IMG/VR virus record: IMGVR_UViG_3300012979_000002
Location: 1-64,000 of that record
DNA length: 64,000 bases
Source: a virus
Taxonomy: Duplodnaviria; Caudoviricetes
Strand: one strand, 5' to 3'
A model generated the notes under the pieces. The model did not search any database, had not been told where the DNA came from, and saw only the letters and a list, made by a program, of their open reading frames with translations. The translations under genes and the position numbers were made by a program. Positions within the stretch are counted from its first letter, which is position 1, and every line of letters begins with the position of its first letter. Below are positions 7,234 to 15,971 of the stretch, in pieces.

Positions 7234-7342
7234 CCTTTCATAAAAATTTTTAAAGATGTTTTTAAGTCAAAAGACTTGAAAACTGGCACCGATTTATTAT
7301 ATAATTATAATGTAAATCAAAAAGAGATTGTTTTAAATCTCG

Positions 7343-7434
7343 CCAATAGGGAATGGAATATAAGTTGCGGAAATAGTATCCTATGAACATACGCTGGATA
7401 CCTTATACAGGCTAAGTTCTCTATTCTCTATTGG
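7343..7434 (+). ncRNA. candidate rod-shaped ncRNA
   Basis: 15-bp closing stem 7343-57/7420-34; promoter 7276-7305. Confidence 0.55.
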
Positions 7435-7488
7435 GGGGATTTAAACCTCCACATAATTATCAATTTTTTTCAAGAACCCATTTTTTTC

Positions 7489-8250
7489 TCACAACACCTA
7501 TTGTGTGTTGTGATAAGATAATAGTAGGACTACAGAACGGTAAGCCGGAACATCCTGTGAGGAGTGATTGCCAATAATCAGGTAGCCCGTAAGTCGCGTT
7601 GAACACTACTCTTGTCTTATCAGAGCACACAGTTAGTAATTAAGTCAATGGCTTGTTTGTCTTTGCTATTGTGAGTTCTGGAAACCCGGTTGTGAATAGT
7701 CGTTGTGGCTATTGATAGTAATATGAAACGGACCGGCATGCAATCTGTAGAGATTGGGTTTGGGATTGCACAGAGAAACTTTGCTACGAGTACTCTTGAT
7801 GTTGTAGGTTCTATGGCAGGGCACTGCTCCACCATGTTTAGGGGCAGTCTGTGATGGAAGTGCTAACTATAACTAAACTCATTAGCACTGGGTGATAAAT
7901 TAAGAATACTCATAGGAGAGTTTCTCTCCACACACCACCTTGTAAAAATCTTATTAGATGGGCGAGTTATATCTCGCTCGGATAAGATAAGTGATTATAC
8001 CTTATCCTACCCGAGGGGGATACAACCCCGAATAAGATATACTCCACATTTTAATTATGGTAAGCACCTAATAAGGCGAAGCCGCTACGCCATACCTATG
8101 ATTGGGTATGGTTATGGCGAAGCCGCTAGATTAGTTTTGAACCCTCACGGGTTTCCCTCACTGAAATGTTGAGGCAGACCGTACGGTGAGTAGGAGTAAT
8201 TAACCTACAAAAAGTGGGGGCGGGCCGCGAGGGTTTAAAATTACCATAAA
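7489..8250 (+). ncRNA. candidate large multi-domain ncRNA (or tandem ncRNAs)
   Basis: ~760 nt with no convincing ORF, almost fully covered by nested stems. Confidence 0.6.
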
Positions 8251-8334
8251 ATTAGAAAAAAAGAGTAGTCAAAAGGTTATTTAATTTGATATAATATATT
8301 TGTAAATGAAAGAAATAGTGAGTTAGAATATGAA

Positions 8335-8845
8335 GCACATAAGAAAGGGCTGTGTGTATTACCAAATACGAAAGGAGCGTGGTCCGAGGTAGATTACTAC
8401 CGAACCTTGTGCGAAGAATATCAGTGCTGTAAATCTAACCTTTCAATATAACATAATGCAGCCTACTGCTAGCGAAAGTGTAGGCATACGGTGACTCCGA
8501 CAAACAGTGCGTTCGTTTAAATCAACCACCTAGTAGAAATAGTCCTTATTCTCCCTTCCGCAGGACTGAGTAGATAGTATCCACTGAGTCGCTCAGCTCC
8601 TGCGTTTAATATAGTTTTTTATTAGGGGGTTTGAGGTTGGTTCTTCAAACCTTGTAATAAGCAACTATATTAAAACGATAAAGTTGTTATCCATCATACC
8701 GGATAAGAGGCCCCGGTTTCAGTTTAAAGTGCGGCAAGGCTATGGTGCCGGTCAGGTCTGATTCCCTGATGCGGGCAGCTAGATGAATACATACAGAAGA
8801 TGGAAGGAAAAATATGAGTAGCCTAAGTATCGGCGGCTATGATTT
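8335..8845 (+). ncRNA. candidate large structured ncRNA
   Basis: Follows -10 box at 8290; many hairpins including 8606-8673. Confidence 0.5.
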
Positions 8846-8963
8846 TAACCAATGGTCTGAGAGTGAAAATATTTTTCCAAAAAATTAGTAAAAAGACTTG
8901 AATGTTGGTGGCGTCTAGAGTTATAATTTATTTGTAAATGAAAAAAGAAAGAGAGTTGAGTTT

Positions 8964-9122
8964 ATGAGTAGAGAAACTATGCTAGAGTTGATTAAAGAAT
9001 TGTCGGCTCGTATCCAAATTGCTATCAAATACTGTGAAGATGGCAACTATAATAAACAAGACATCATTGACATCTTATCCGGCGACCTAAAAATGGACGA
9101 GGATGAAGAAAATTACTATTAA
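8964..9122 (+). CDS. small hypothetical protein (52 aa)
   Basis: MSRETMLELIKELSARIQIAIKYCEDG...; own promoter 8898-8927. Confidence 0.65.
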   Translation: MSRETMLELIKELSARIQIAIKYCEDGNYNKQDIIDILSGDLKMDEDEENYY

Positions 9123-9217
9123 ATTTAAAAAAACACTTGAAACTCGGCAGTAGAAAGTGTTATAATAAATATGTAAATTAAAGAAAGGAAGAACTAAAAG
9201 TTCTAAGGGTGAAAACT

Positions 9218-9481
9218 ATGAACAAAGAAATCAAAATAACTGCTAAAATGGAATTAGCAATGAAAGTAGTAAAAGAAATGGGAGGTAAAGCATACGCTAG
9301 AGAAGTATTAGAATACTTAGATGCTAACTATGCTGACAGAACAGACTTAACTTCATTCAACGCTGTTAATGCTACATTAGCAGCAATCGCTGGCAAAGAC
9401 CTAATGAAGAAAACAAAAGGTATGTTCAGAGAAAAATTACTAACTCAATACGAATTAGTTGAAGCAGAAGATGCTGAATAG
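9218..9481 (+). CDS. winged-helix DNA-binding protein
   Basis: FNAVNATLAAIAGKDLMKK...LTQYEL; highly expressed codon bias; paralogue of 11827-12129. Confidence 0.8.
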   Translation: MNKEIKITAKMELAMKVVKEMGGKAYAREVLEYLDANYADRTDLTSFNAVNATLAAIAGKDLMKKTKGMFREKLLTQYELVEAEDAE

Positions 9482-9485
9482 TGGA

Positions 9486-9512
9486 AGGACAGTAGAAATA
9501 CTGTCTTTTTTT
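9486..9512 (+). terminator. intrinsic terminator
   Basis: GACAGT-AGAAAT-ACTGTC plus T-run. Confidence 0.8.
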
Positions 9513-9545
9513 ATTTTTAAATTTATTTAAACCTTAAACACCTCA

Positions 9546-9628
9546 TTTAAAGCGATTTAAGGTACCGTAGAGCGCTGAAAATATATTTTTAATATAAATA
9601 TATTATAAAGACCTAAAATCGCTCTAAA
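9546..9628. repeat. imperfect inverted repeat around a dif-like AT core
   Basis: TTTAAAGCGATTTAAGG / CCTAAAATCGCTCTAAA (2 mismatches). Confidence 0.6.
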
Positions 9629-9755
9629 GTGGCTTAAAACGCTTTAAAATAAATTTGGCTAAAAATTATTAAAAAAGAGTTGTCAAATGGCACCACAATT
9701 TGATATAATTTATTTGTAAATGAAAAAGAATAATTAAAAGAAAGAAGGTAGGAAT

Positions 9756-9938
9756 ATGAAAAAAGTGGTAATAGCAGTAGTTGATAAGAAAACAGGTAGA
9801 GCTCTTATGTGGGCTAACTCATTAAGAGAAATTGCGGGCACAGGTCAATGTGCTGATGGCAGTGTGCTTATGTGTTTAACTTGGGAAAGTTATATGCGTA
9901 GGTACCAAGGAGGTCAAAATGAAATCGTTAATGGATAA
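9756..9938 (+). CDS. hypothetical protein
   Basis: Own promoter 9680-9709 and RBS. Confidence 0.7.
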   Translation: MKKVVIAVVDKKTGRALMWANSLREIAGTGQCADGSVLMCLTWESYMRRYQGGQNEIVNG

Positions 9939-10215
9939 GAAGGTCAACCGAGATATAAAAGACCTTAACCGAAAACTAGAACAAGATGTATTTGGACGCA
10001 GGTTCTGGGCACGCCAGTATCAAAAGGCACAGGTAGATGGTATAGGGTATTACCTATACGAGTTATGTGATAGAGAACAACCAGAGCGTAATTATGTAAT
10101 ACGCCACTGGCTAACAGGATATGAAATCTACCGTTTCCACAAAGTATGGGAAGAGATGAACACCTTCATCGTTACAAGTGATTTTTGGGCAAAATATCAC
10201 CAGAAAGACTTGTAA
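9919..10215 (+). CDS. hypothetical protein
   Basis: GGAGG RBS; 98 aa. Confidence 0.75.
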   Translation: MKSLMDKKVNRDIKDLNRKLEQDVFGRRFWARQYQKAQVDGIGYYLYELCDREQPERNYVIRHWLTGYEIYRFHKVWEEMNTFIVTSDFWAKYHQKDL

Positions 10216-10275
10216 TTCCCCACCTCTTAGAGTTATAATATATATATAAAATGAAAGAAGAAAGGGGAGTATGAA

Positions 10276-10428
10276 ATGAAAGCATACATTAAGGAATTGG
10301 AACTAATCCAAAAAGAACTAATTACTTGCAAGGACGCAATAAGGGTTGAGGTATTAGGTAATAGGCTAAAAAAAATTGAAAAAGAATTAGCAAAAATACT
10401 TGAAATGACCCCCCAAGTTGAGATATAA
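10276..10428 (+). CDS. small coiled-coil protein (50 aa)
   Basis: MKAYIKELELIQKELITCKD...; promoter 10210-10239; GGAG RBS. Confidence 0.6.
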   Translation: MKAYIKELELIQKELITCKDAIRVEVLGNRLKKIEKELAKILEMTPQVEI

Positions 10429-10467
10429 TATATATGTAAGATGAAAAAAGAAAGGTGGAATGAAAAT

Positions 10468-10725
10468 ATGGTAAGACCAAATGAAGGAATAATTGTTAAA
10501 ATGTTAAGTGAAGGTATGGCAACACCAAAACAAATTGCTGAAAAGTTAGGCAGAGGCTACACAGAGTTAAAGGCACAATCAATGGTATTAACATTAGCAC
10601 GCAAAGGGCTAGTAGACAAGACTAAGGCGGCAATCATATTAAGAGGCACACCAATGATTAAAATGCTAAATGAAGAATTAGGAAGCGGATTGGCAAAACC
10701 AGTGCCAACACCAGTTAGGAGATAA
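10468..10725 (+). CDS. winged-helix DNA-binding protein
   Basis: IVKMLSEGMATPKQIAEKLG...VLTLARKGLVDK. Confidence 0.75.
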   Translation: MVRPNEGIIVKMLSEGMATPKQIAEKLGRGYTELKAQSMVLTLARKGLVDKTKAAIILRGTPMIKMLNEELGSGLAKPVPTPVRR

Positions 10726-10728
10726 GAT

Positions 10729-10938
10729 ATGACAGACATAATCGGCATCTCTATCCTAATGGTTCTCAGCCTCGTAGCCATTCGCCTATTGCACACAAGA
10801 TTACAGTTCTGGTGCATAACGGGGCTATTGGTTTGCGGGGCAGTATTCGCCATCATATTTAATTGGGAAAGCCATTTCTTTTCCCTAACCATGGGCTATC
10901 TTTTATGTATGGCGGCACACATAAAAGAAAAATTGTAG
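10729..10938 (+). CDS. small membrane protein
   Basis: Hydrophobic ORF; AGGAG RBS. Confidence 0.65.
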   Translation: MTDIIGISILMVLSLVAIRLLHTRLQFWCITGLLVCGAVFAIIFNWESHFFSLTMGYLLCMAAHIKEKL

Positions 10939-10963
10939 TTTTGGCGGCACAAGTATACTATTC

Positions 10964-11270
10964 AGTAAATTAAGTTAATAGTAGTAATTAAATAGTAGTA
11001 ATAATAATATAATAGTAGTAAGTATAAAGTAGTAGTAAGTAGTAGTAATAATATAGTAGTAGTAATAGTAGTTAGTATATAGTAGTAATAGTAAGTAGTA
11101 TTAAGTATATAATAGTAGTAGTATAATAATAGTAGTAGGTAGTATATATAAATAGTAAGTAGTAGTATATAATATATAAGGTAGTATAGTAGTAGTAGTA
11201 GTAGTAGTAGTATAATATACTATACTATTATATATACCTATACCTATACTAATAGTAATAATATATACTC
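10964..11270. repeat. TAG/TAA/TAT low-complexity tract
   Basis: No C on the + strand from 10964 to 11219. Confidence 0.9.
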
Positions 11271-11511
11271 TATAAAAAGTAGGTGTAATACCTAAAATGA
11301 GCAGTAGTACAGGTTATAGGGGTGGTATGAGGTACCTCACGAGAGCCCCTTCTGTCAAGTCTAAACCCTTGTAAAATAAGGGTTTTTTCGCTATGTGAAA
11401 CACTTGACAAGACCTCTTTTTATTTTTTTTATTTTTAAAGACTTGACACGAGGTGCGATTTTGTGATAAACTAGAAGAGAAGAAATATAAATATAAAAAA
11501 GACCGAACACA

Positions 11512-11660
11512 CAGCTCCTTTAACGCGAGCAAATGTTCGCCCCCCACCCAGCTCCCTGAGCATTACAGAGGGGGCTTCGCGCAGCTCCTAGACCGAACAA
11601 ATGTTCGCTTGGGGCGCAGCTCCTTTTTATAGGGGGCACGGCAAATGGGGGCACAGCTCC
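11512..11660 (+). repeat. five spaced CAGCTCC direct repeats (iteron/operator-like)
   Basis: Copies at 11512, 11549, 11582, 11617, 11654; more at 12476, 12751, 12806, 12813, 12821. Confidence 0.8.
11594..11607. promoter_or_regulatory. LexA/DinR (Cheo)-type box
   Basis: CGAAC-AAAT-GTTCG. Confidence 0.65.
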
Positions 11661-11826
11661 TAACCAAAAATATGGTGGCACGCCGAAAAAATACGCTAGA
11701 AAAAATACGCTGGCTGTGGTACCAAATTTTTTAAAAAAATAGTTGACAAAGGGTTGTTTTTATGATATAATATTATTAGAATGGGAGAGTATTATTATAA
11801 AAAAAAATAGGTATAAAAAAAAGATG

Positions 11827-12129
11827 CTATTCAGCAGGTTCTTCTGCTGGAGCATCTTCTTCTTTTTCTAGTTCTGCTTTACCTTCTGCAGTTAGAGTGT
11901 ATTTAGTAAGCACTTTTTCTTCTGCTTCGTATAGTCCTTTTGCTTTTGTAACGAAGCCTTTACCAGCCATTGCAGCAAGTGTTGCGTTTACGCTGTTGAA
12001 AGTTCTTTTGCTTCCAGCTGCAGCCATTTTGTTGAATACTTCTCTGCTGAAAGCTGCTCCGTTTTCAAATGTAGCTAGTACTCCTGCTACTTCTCTGTAG
12101 TTTGCGTTCATTCCGTTCATTTTTGCCAT
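11827..12129 (-). CDS. winged-helix DNA-binding protein
   Basis: FNSVNATLAAMAGKGFVTK...LTKYTLTAEGKAEL. Confidence 0.8.
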   Translation of the reverse strand: MAKMNGMNANYREVAGVLATFENGAAFSREVFNKMAAAGSKRTFNSVNATLAAMAGKGFVTKAKGLYEAEEKVLTKYTLTAEGKAELEKEEDAPAEEPAE

Positions 12130-12911
12130 ATTTTCTCACCATAACTTACACCTATAGCCCGTGTAAGCCCTTTCCTTATTTTTTTTCTTTCTTTGTAATA
12201 TAATTATATCATATTACTGAGTGAAAGTCAACTCTTTTTTAGAAGATTTGGAAGAATCTTTTTTAAACTGTCTTTCTTTCTTCATCTTATATATATATTA
12301 TATCATAAGACTGACCGAAAGTCAACTGTTTTTTTTATTTTTTGCTAGAAATTTTTTATTATCTCTTTCCTTTCTTCATTTTATATATATATTATATCAA
12401 ATAATTTAGCATAAGTCAATAATTTTTTACTTAATTTTATCTCAAAAGTTTTTCAAAAACACTTGACAAAAGCCCAGCTCCTATGATATAATATAATTAG
12501 GGGGGATTATAGGGGGGATTAGGCCACGACAAAAAGAGCCTAACCTAAACACTACTTTCCTCCTTTCTTTATTTATAATATTATTATACCACATTACGCC
12601 TAAAAAGTCAAGAAAATTTTAGCAAATTTTTTTATAAAATTTTTTAAAAAATGCTTGACAAACGCAACCTAAATGTGATATACTAGAAGAGGAGAAATAT
12701 ATATATAATAAAAAAAATATTTTTTTTACTGAAAAAGACTTGACAAGACGCAGCTCCTTATGGTATAATAAAAGGATGGGGGGTTAGGGGGGGCTGGCGC
12801 CGGTCCAGCTCCCAGCTCCACAGCTCCTGGAGGCAATGGTATAGGGGGCGAGGTTGCGGTAGCAAGTTGGTGGTGGCAAACCTAGGTGTCCTCCAGAAGC
12901 AGGAAAAAAGA

Positions 12912-12925
12912 CGAACGAATGTTCG
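12912..12925. promoter_or_regulatory. LexA/DinR (Cheo)-type box
   Basis: CGAAC-GAAT-GTTCG. Confidence 0.65.
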
Positions 12926-12949
12926 CCTGATAGACATGAAAAAAACGGG

Positions 12950-13069
12950 TTAAAACATAAACCCGTCTTTTAATGCTTGTAAAGTTTCTTGTTTCATTTT
13001 TTTAATTGCTTGTTTAATTAGTCTTTTTTCAAGTGTCTTTTTGTTTTCTTTATATTTCCATTTTTTCAT
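12950..13069 (-). CDS. small basic protein (39 aa)
   Basis: MKKWKYKENKKTLEKRLIKQAIKK...; AAGGGG RBS. Confidence 0.5.
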   Translation of the reverse strand: MKKWKYKENKKTLEKRLIKQAIKKMKQETLQALKDGFMF

Positions 13070-13114
13070 TCTATACCCCTTTACTAATTCATGGTATAGA
13101 TAAGGGGGTTGCCC

Positions 13115-13357
13115 TTATCTTATACCATTACATTTTAATTTTTTATCAGTTGCCTTTTTAATTTGCTTGTAATAATGTTTCATGGTTTTCAAGTCAGTTT
13201 GTAAGTTCTTTACTGCAAGATAACTTGCTAGGTGTAAGTCAACCATTTCAGCAACTGTTAAATTGTCTTTTTTTTCTAATTCTCTTATATGTTCCATTTC
13301 TTCAAGGTTTAGACAACCATTTCTTTTAATAATGTCAAAAACTTTCATTTTTAGCAT
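13115..13357 (-). CDS. hypothetical protein
   Basis: GGAGG RBS and upstream SigA promoter. Confidence 0.7.
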   Translation of the reverse strand: MLKMKVFDIIKRNGCLNLEEMEHIRELEKKDNLTVAEMVDLHLASYLAVKNLQTDLKTMKHYYKQIKKATDKKLKCNGIR

Positions 13358-13876
13358 ACTATTACCTCCCCTCGTATATATAATATATCATACTTTTAAA
13401 AATAAGTCAAGCATAAATTAACATTTTTTCATAAAAAAAATAATAGCATGATAGGTTAGGTTTTTGCTATTATTTAAGGTGGTTGATAAGTAAAAATATG
13501 CCTACCAACAATAGACTTAACAAACAAGTTTTTGTTTGGTATAGTATGCTAAAATTATATATTACTTACAAAAACGGGTTGTTTTGTTTGTTAAGTGCCA
13601 TATATATTAACATATAATTTTTTGTTTGTCAAGCATAAAATAACATTTTTTTTAAAAAAGAAAAAAGACAAACAAGTGTCTATTTGAAATATGCTTTTAA
13701 TTGTCTTTTTTCCTTTTGGTATGCTATCAGTCTTTTAGGGTTTTTTATGAACTCTTTACAAGTAGCAACCATATAACTAATTTTTCTTTTAACAAACATT
13801 TGTTTGCCCCCTTTCGTTCGGGTTGTGTCGTTCATTTTAATTTAGGTTTATGCTTTTTATTTAGGGTTGTGTTTTT

Positions 13877-14746
13877 TTATTTAGTTAAATTATGTTTTTC
13901 TAAAATGTATGGTATATGACTTGTATTAAAAATACCACCATTAAAGATTTTTTTATGTCCGTTAAATATGGTATCTAGTTTGTAGTAGTAGTCTTTTCCT
14001 GTGTGCTTTTCGTAGTACCATAACATTTTTAGTAAAATGTTGAACTCGCATAGTGTATCTTCTAGACCTGTATGACATTCTATAAAGTTTATGTCGTTGT
14101 TAACAAATCTATTGAAACATTCAGCATTAGTTTTAACATTCAACCCACTTTCAGTTATAAAGTTATTGTTATAACAAAATAACATAAAACACTCGTATAG
14201 TTCGGGAAACATAGCAACTATATCAGTAGCAATTTTCCAAACATCAACTACATACAACCTTTTGAAATAGTTTTCTTTATAGTTTGTTATCTCAAACAAG
14301 TTATTAATGCTATTGTAGTCAAACTTTACATTAAAAGCAACGAAGTAGGTTATTTTATGCTTTTGTATGAACTCGTTAAGTTCGTTTAGTATTTCCCTAT
14401 CGTGTTTCTTTTGGTATCTTTTGTCAGTTTCTAGTGCCTTTTTATAAAATGGTATTTTGTTTTTATAAAAAGCATTTTCCATCAAGTATTTTTCGTCAAA
14501 TATATCACTATTGATATAACTAACTTGGTGTTTTATTTTTTTTAATTGTACCATTAGAAAACTTATGTCGTAAGGGTATGCCTTTTCACCTTTTGTTATG
14601 TCCCCTATTGTTTCGGTATCTATCAACAACCAGTTTCTTTTGTTTTTAGACAAATTGACTGGTGCTAAGTTATTAGACCTATTTCCAACCTTAGACCATA
14701 TTTTTTCGTTTTTAACTTTTTCATATTGTTTATTTTTAATTATCAT
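13877..14746 (-). CDS. DEDDh 3'-5' exonuclease (DnaQ-like)
   Basis: ExoI LIDTET, ExoII AFNVKFD, ExoIII HTGLED. Confidence 0.85.
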   Translation of the reverse strand: MIIKNKQYEKVKNEKIWSKVGNRSNNLAPVNLSKNKRNWLLIDTETIGDITKGEKAYPYDISFLMVQLKKIKHQVSYINSDIFDEKYLMENAFYKNKIPFYKKALETDKRYQKKHDREILNELNEFIQKHKITYFVAFNVKFDYNSINNLFEITNYKENYFKRLYVVDVWKIATDIVAMFPELYECFMLFCYNNNFITESGLNVKTNAECFNRFVNNDINFIECHTGLEDTLCEFNILLKMLWYYEKHTGKDYYYKLDTIFNGHKKIFNGGIFNTSHIPYILEKHNLTK

Positions 14747-14959
14747 TTTTTTCACCTATCCTATTTTTTTATTTCAATTTCCTTTAAACCTATCCCCTGA
14801 AATAAAAAATTGTTTTTTGTCGGTTCTAAATAATAATTACATAAACCTAAATTTTCAATGAACTATTTTTCAAGTAAATACCATTTTTTTCATTTTGTTA
14901 TTTACTTGTATCTAGCAATTAATTTTTTCAACTAATTACTAGATACAAGAAAATAACTT

Positions 14960-15148
14960 TTAGTTATTTTCTTTAATTTCTTTAAAACTTATACCTTTTA
15001 TTTCGTAGTCTAAATAGTCATACATTTGACGACTTGTTAATGATAGGACTAATTCTTTTATAGTGTATCTACAACAATCTAGTTTATTTAGTTCTATGTA
15101 AATTATTTTGTTAGTAGTATCAACTTTATAATTTATATTAGTTATCAT
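14960..15148 (-). CDS. hypothetical protein
   Basis: Coupled to the upstream gene; AAGGA RBS. Confidence 0.6.
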   Translation of the reverse strand: MITNINYKVDTTNKIIYIELNKLDCCRYTIKELVLSLTSRQMYDYLDYEIKGISFKEIKENN

Positions 15149-15434
15149 TTTTAGTCAGTTCCTTTAAAAGTTCTTTTCCTAAATCAGTCAAATCAATGTA
15201 TGCTTTTTGTTCTACTAACTCGTTGTTTATTTCAACTTTACATTTAGAATGATAATTGATATACAACTTGTTATTTTTTGAACTTGCTGTTGCTACTATG
15301 CAATTTCTAGTTTTTTTAGTTATTGCTAGTATTTCATCAAGTTCTTTTTTGTTGCTAGTTCCTATTGCTTTTATAATTGCTTTTAGGTTTTCGCTTGGTG
15401 TATAAGTTTTAGTTTGTTCTTTTTTAATTTCCAT
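15138..15434 (-). CDS. winged-helix-like protein
   Basis: C-terminal YIDLTDLGKELL typical of wHTH; N-terminal helical region. Confidence 0.65.
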   Translation of the reverse strand: MEIKKEQTKTYTPSENLKAIIKAIGTSNKKELDEILAITKKTRNCIVATASSKNNKLYINYHSKCKVEINNELVEQKAYIDLTDLGKELLKELTKNDN

Positions 15435-15603
15435 TTTATCACAACCCTTCTAAAAAAATTTTTAAAGAACATTTACCAAACAAACCATTGCTTGCTTGGT
15501 GTATTAAATATATCATAAAAAAAAGATAATTGCAATACTTTTTTTGTAATTTCTAAAAAAAGTTTTTAAATACTTATTTTATAAGTATTTATAAAACTTT
15601 TTT

Positions 15604-15714
15604 CTAAACTAATCTAATCTAGTCTAATTTAGTCTAGTCTAATTTAGTCTAATTTAAACTAATCTAATCTAGTCTAATTTTAACTAAACTAATCTAAACT
15701 AATCTAATCTAGTC
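15604..15714. repeat. 5-bp periodic tandem repeat (CTAAT/CTAGT/CTAAA/TTAGT)
   Basis: About 22 consecutive 5-mers. Confidence 0.9.
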
Positions 15715-15971
15715 AAACATATACAAACAACCTAAAAAAGCAATTTAAACCCATTTAAACCCATTTTAAACGACTTTTAACACTTTTTAATATAAACATA
15801 CTAGAAAATAAAAAAGTGCCTTAAAACTCAAAAAAAGACCATTTAAAAGCATATTAAAAAAAGTTAAAAGTTTTTTTATTTTTTTTCATTTTTTGCTTGA
15901 CTTATTTTTTAATATAGTGTAATATATACTTAGATAGACAAACACTATCTAGAAAAAAGGAGTTGAAAAAA

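Noticed and set aside
8454-8512. Twister ribozyme (TAATGCAGC...CGG...CCG)
   Set aside because: The P4 loop lacks the T-N3-AAGC pattern and no matching GAG/P1 closure is evident.
6703-8870. tmRNA, RNase P RNA or group I/II intron
   Set aside because: No GGGG...TTCRANTCC..CCA ends with G3:U70, no GAGGAAAGTCC, no paired R/S elements or domain V, and no interrupted host gene.
11512-11660. Mini CRISPR array
   Set aside because: The repeat is only 7-8 bp, the spacers contain recurring motifs, and there are no cas genes in the window.
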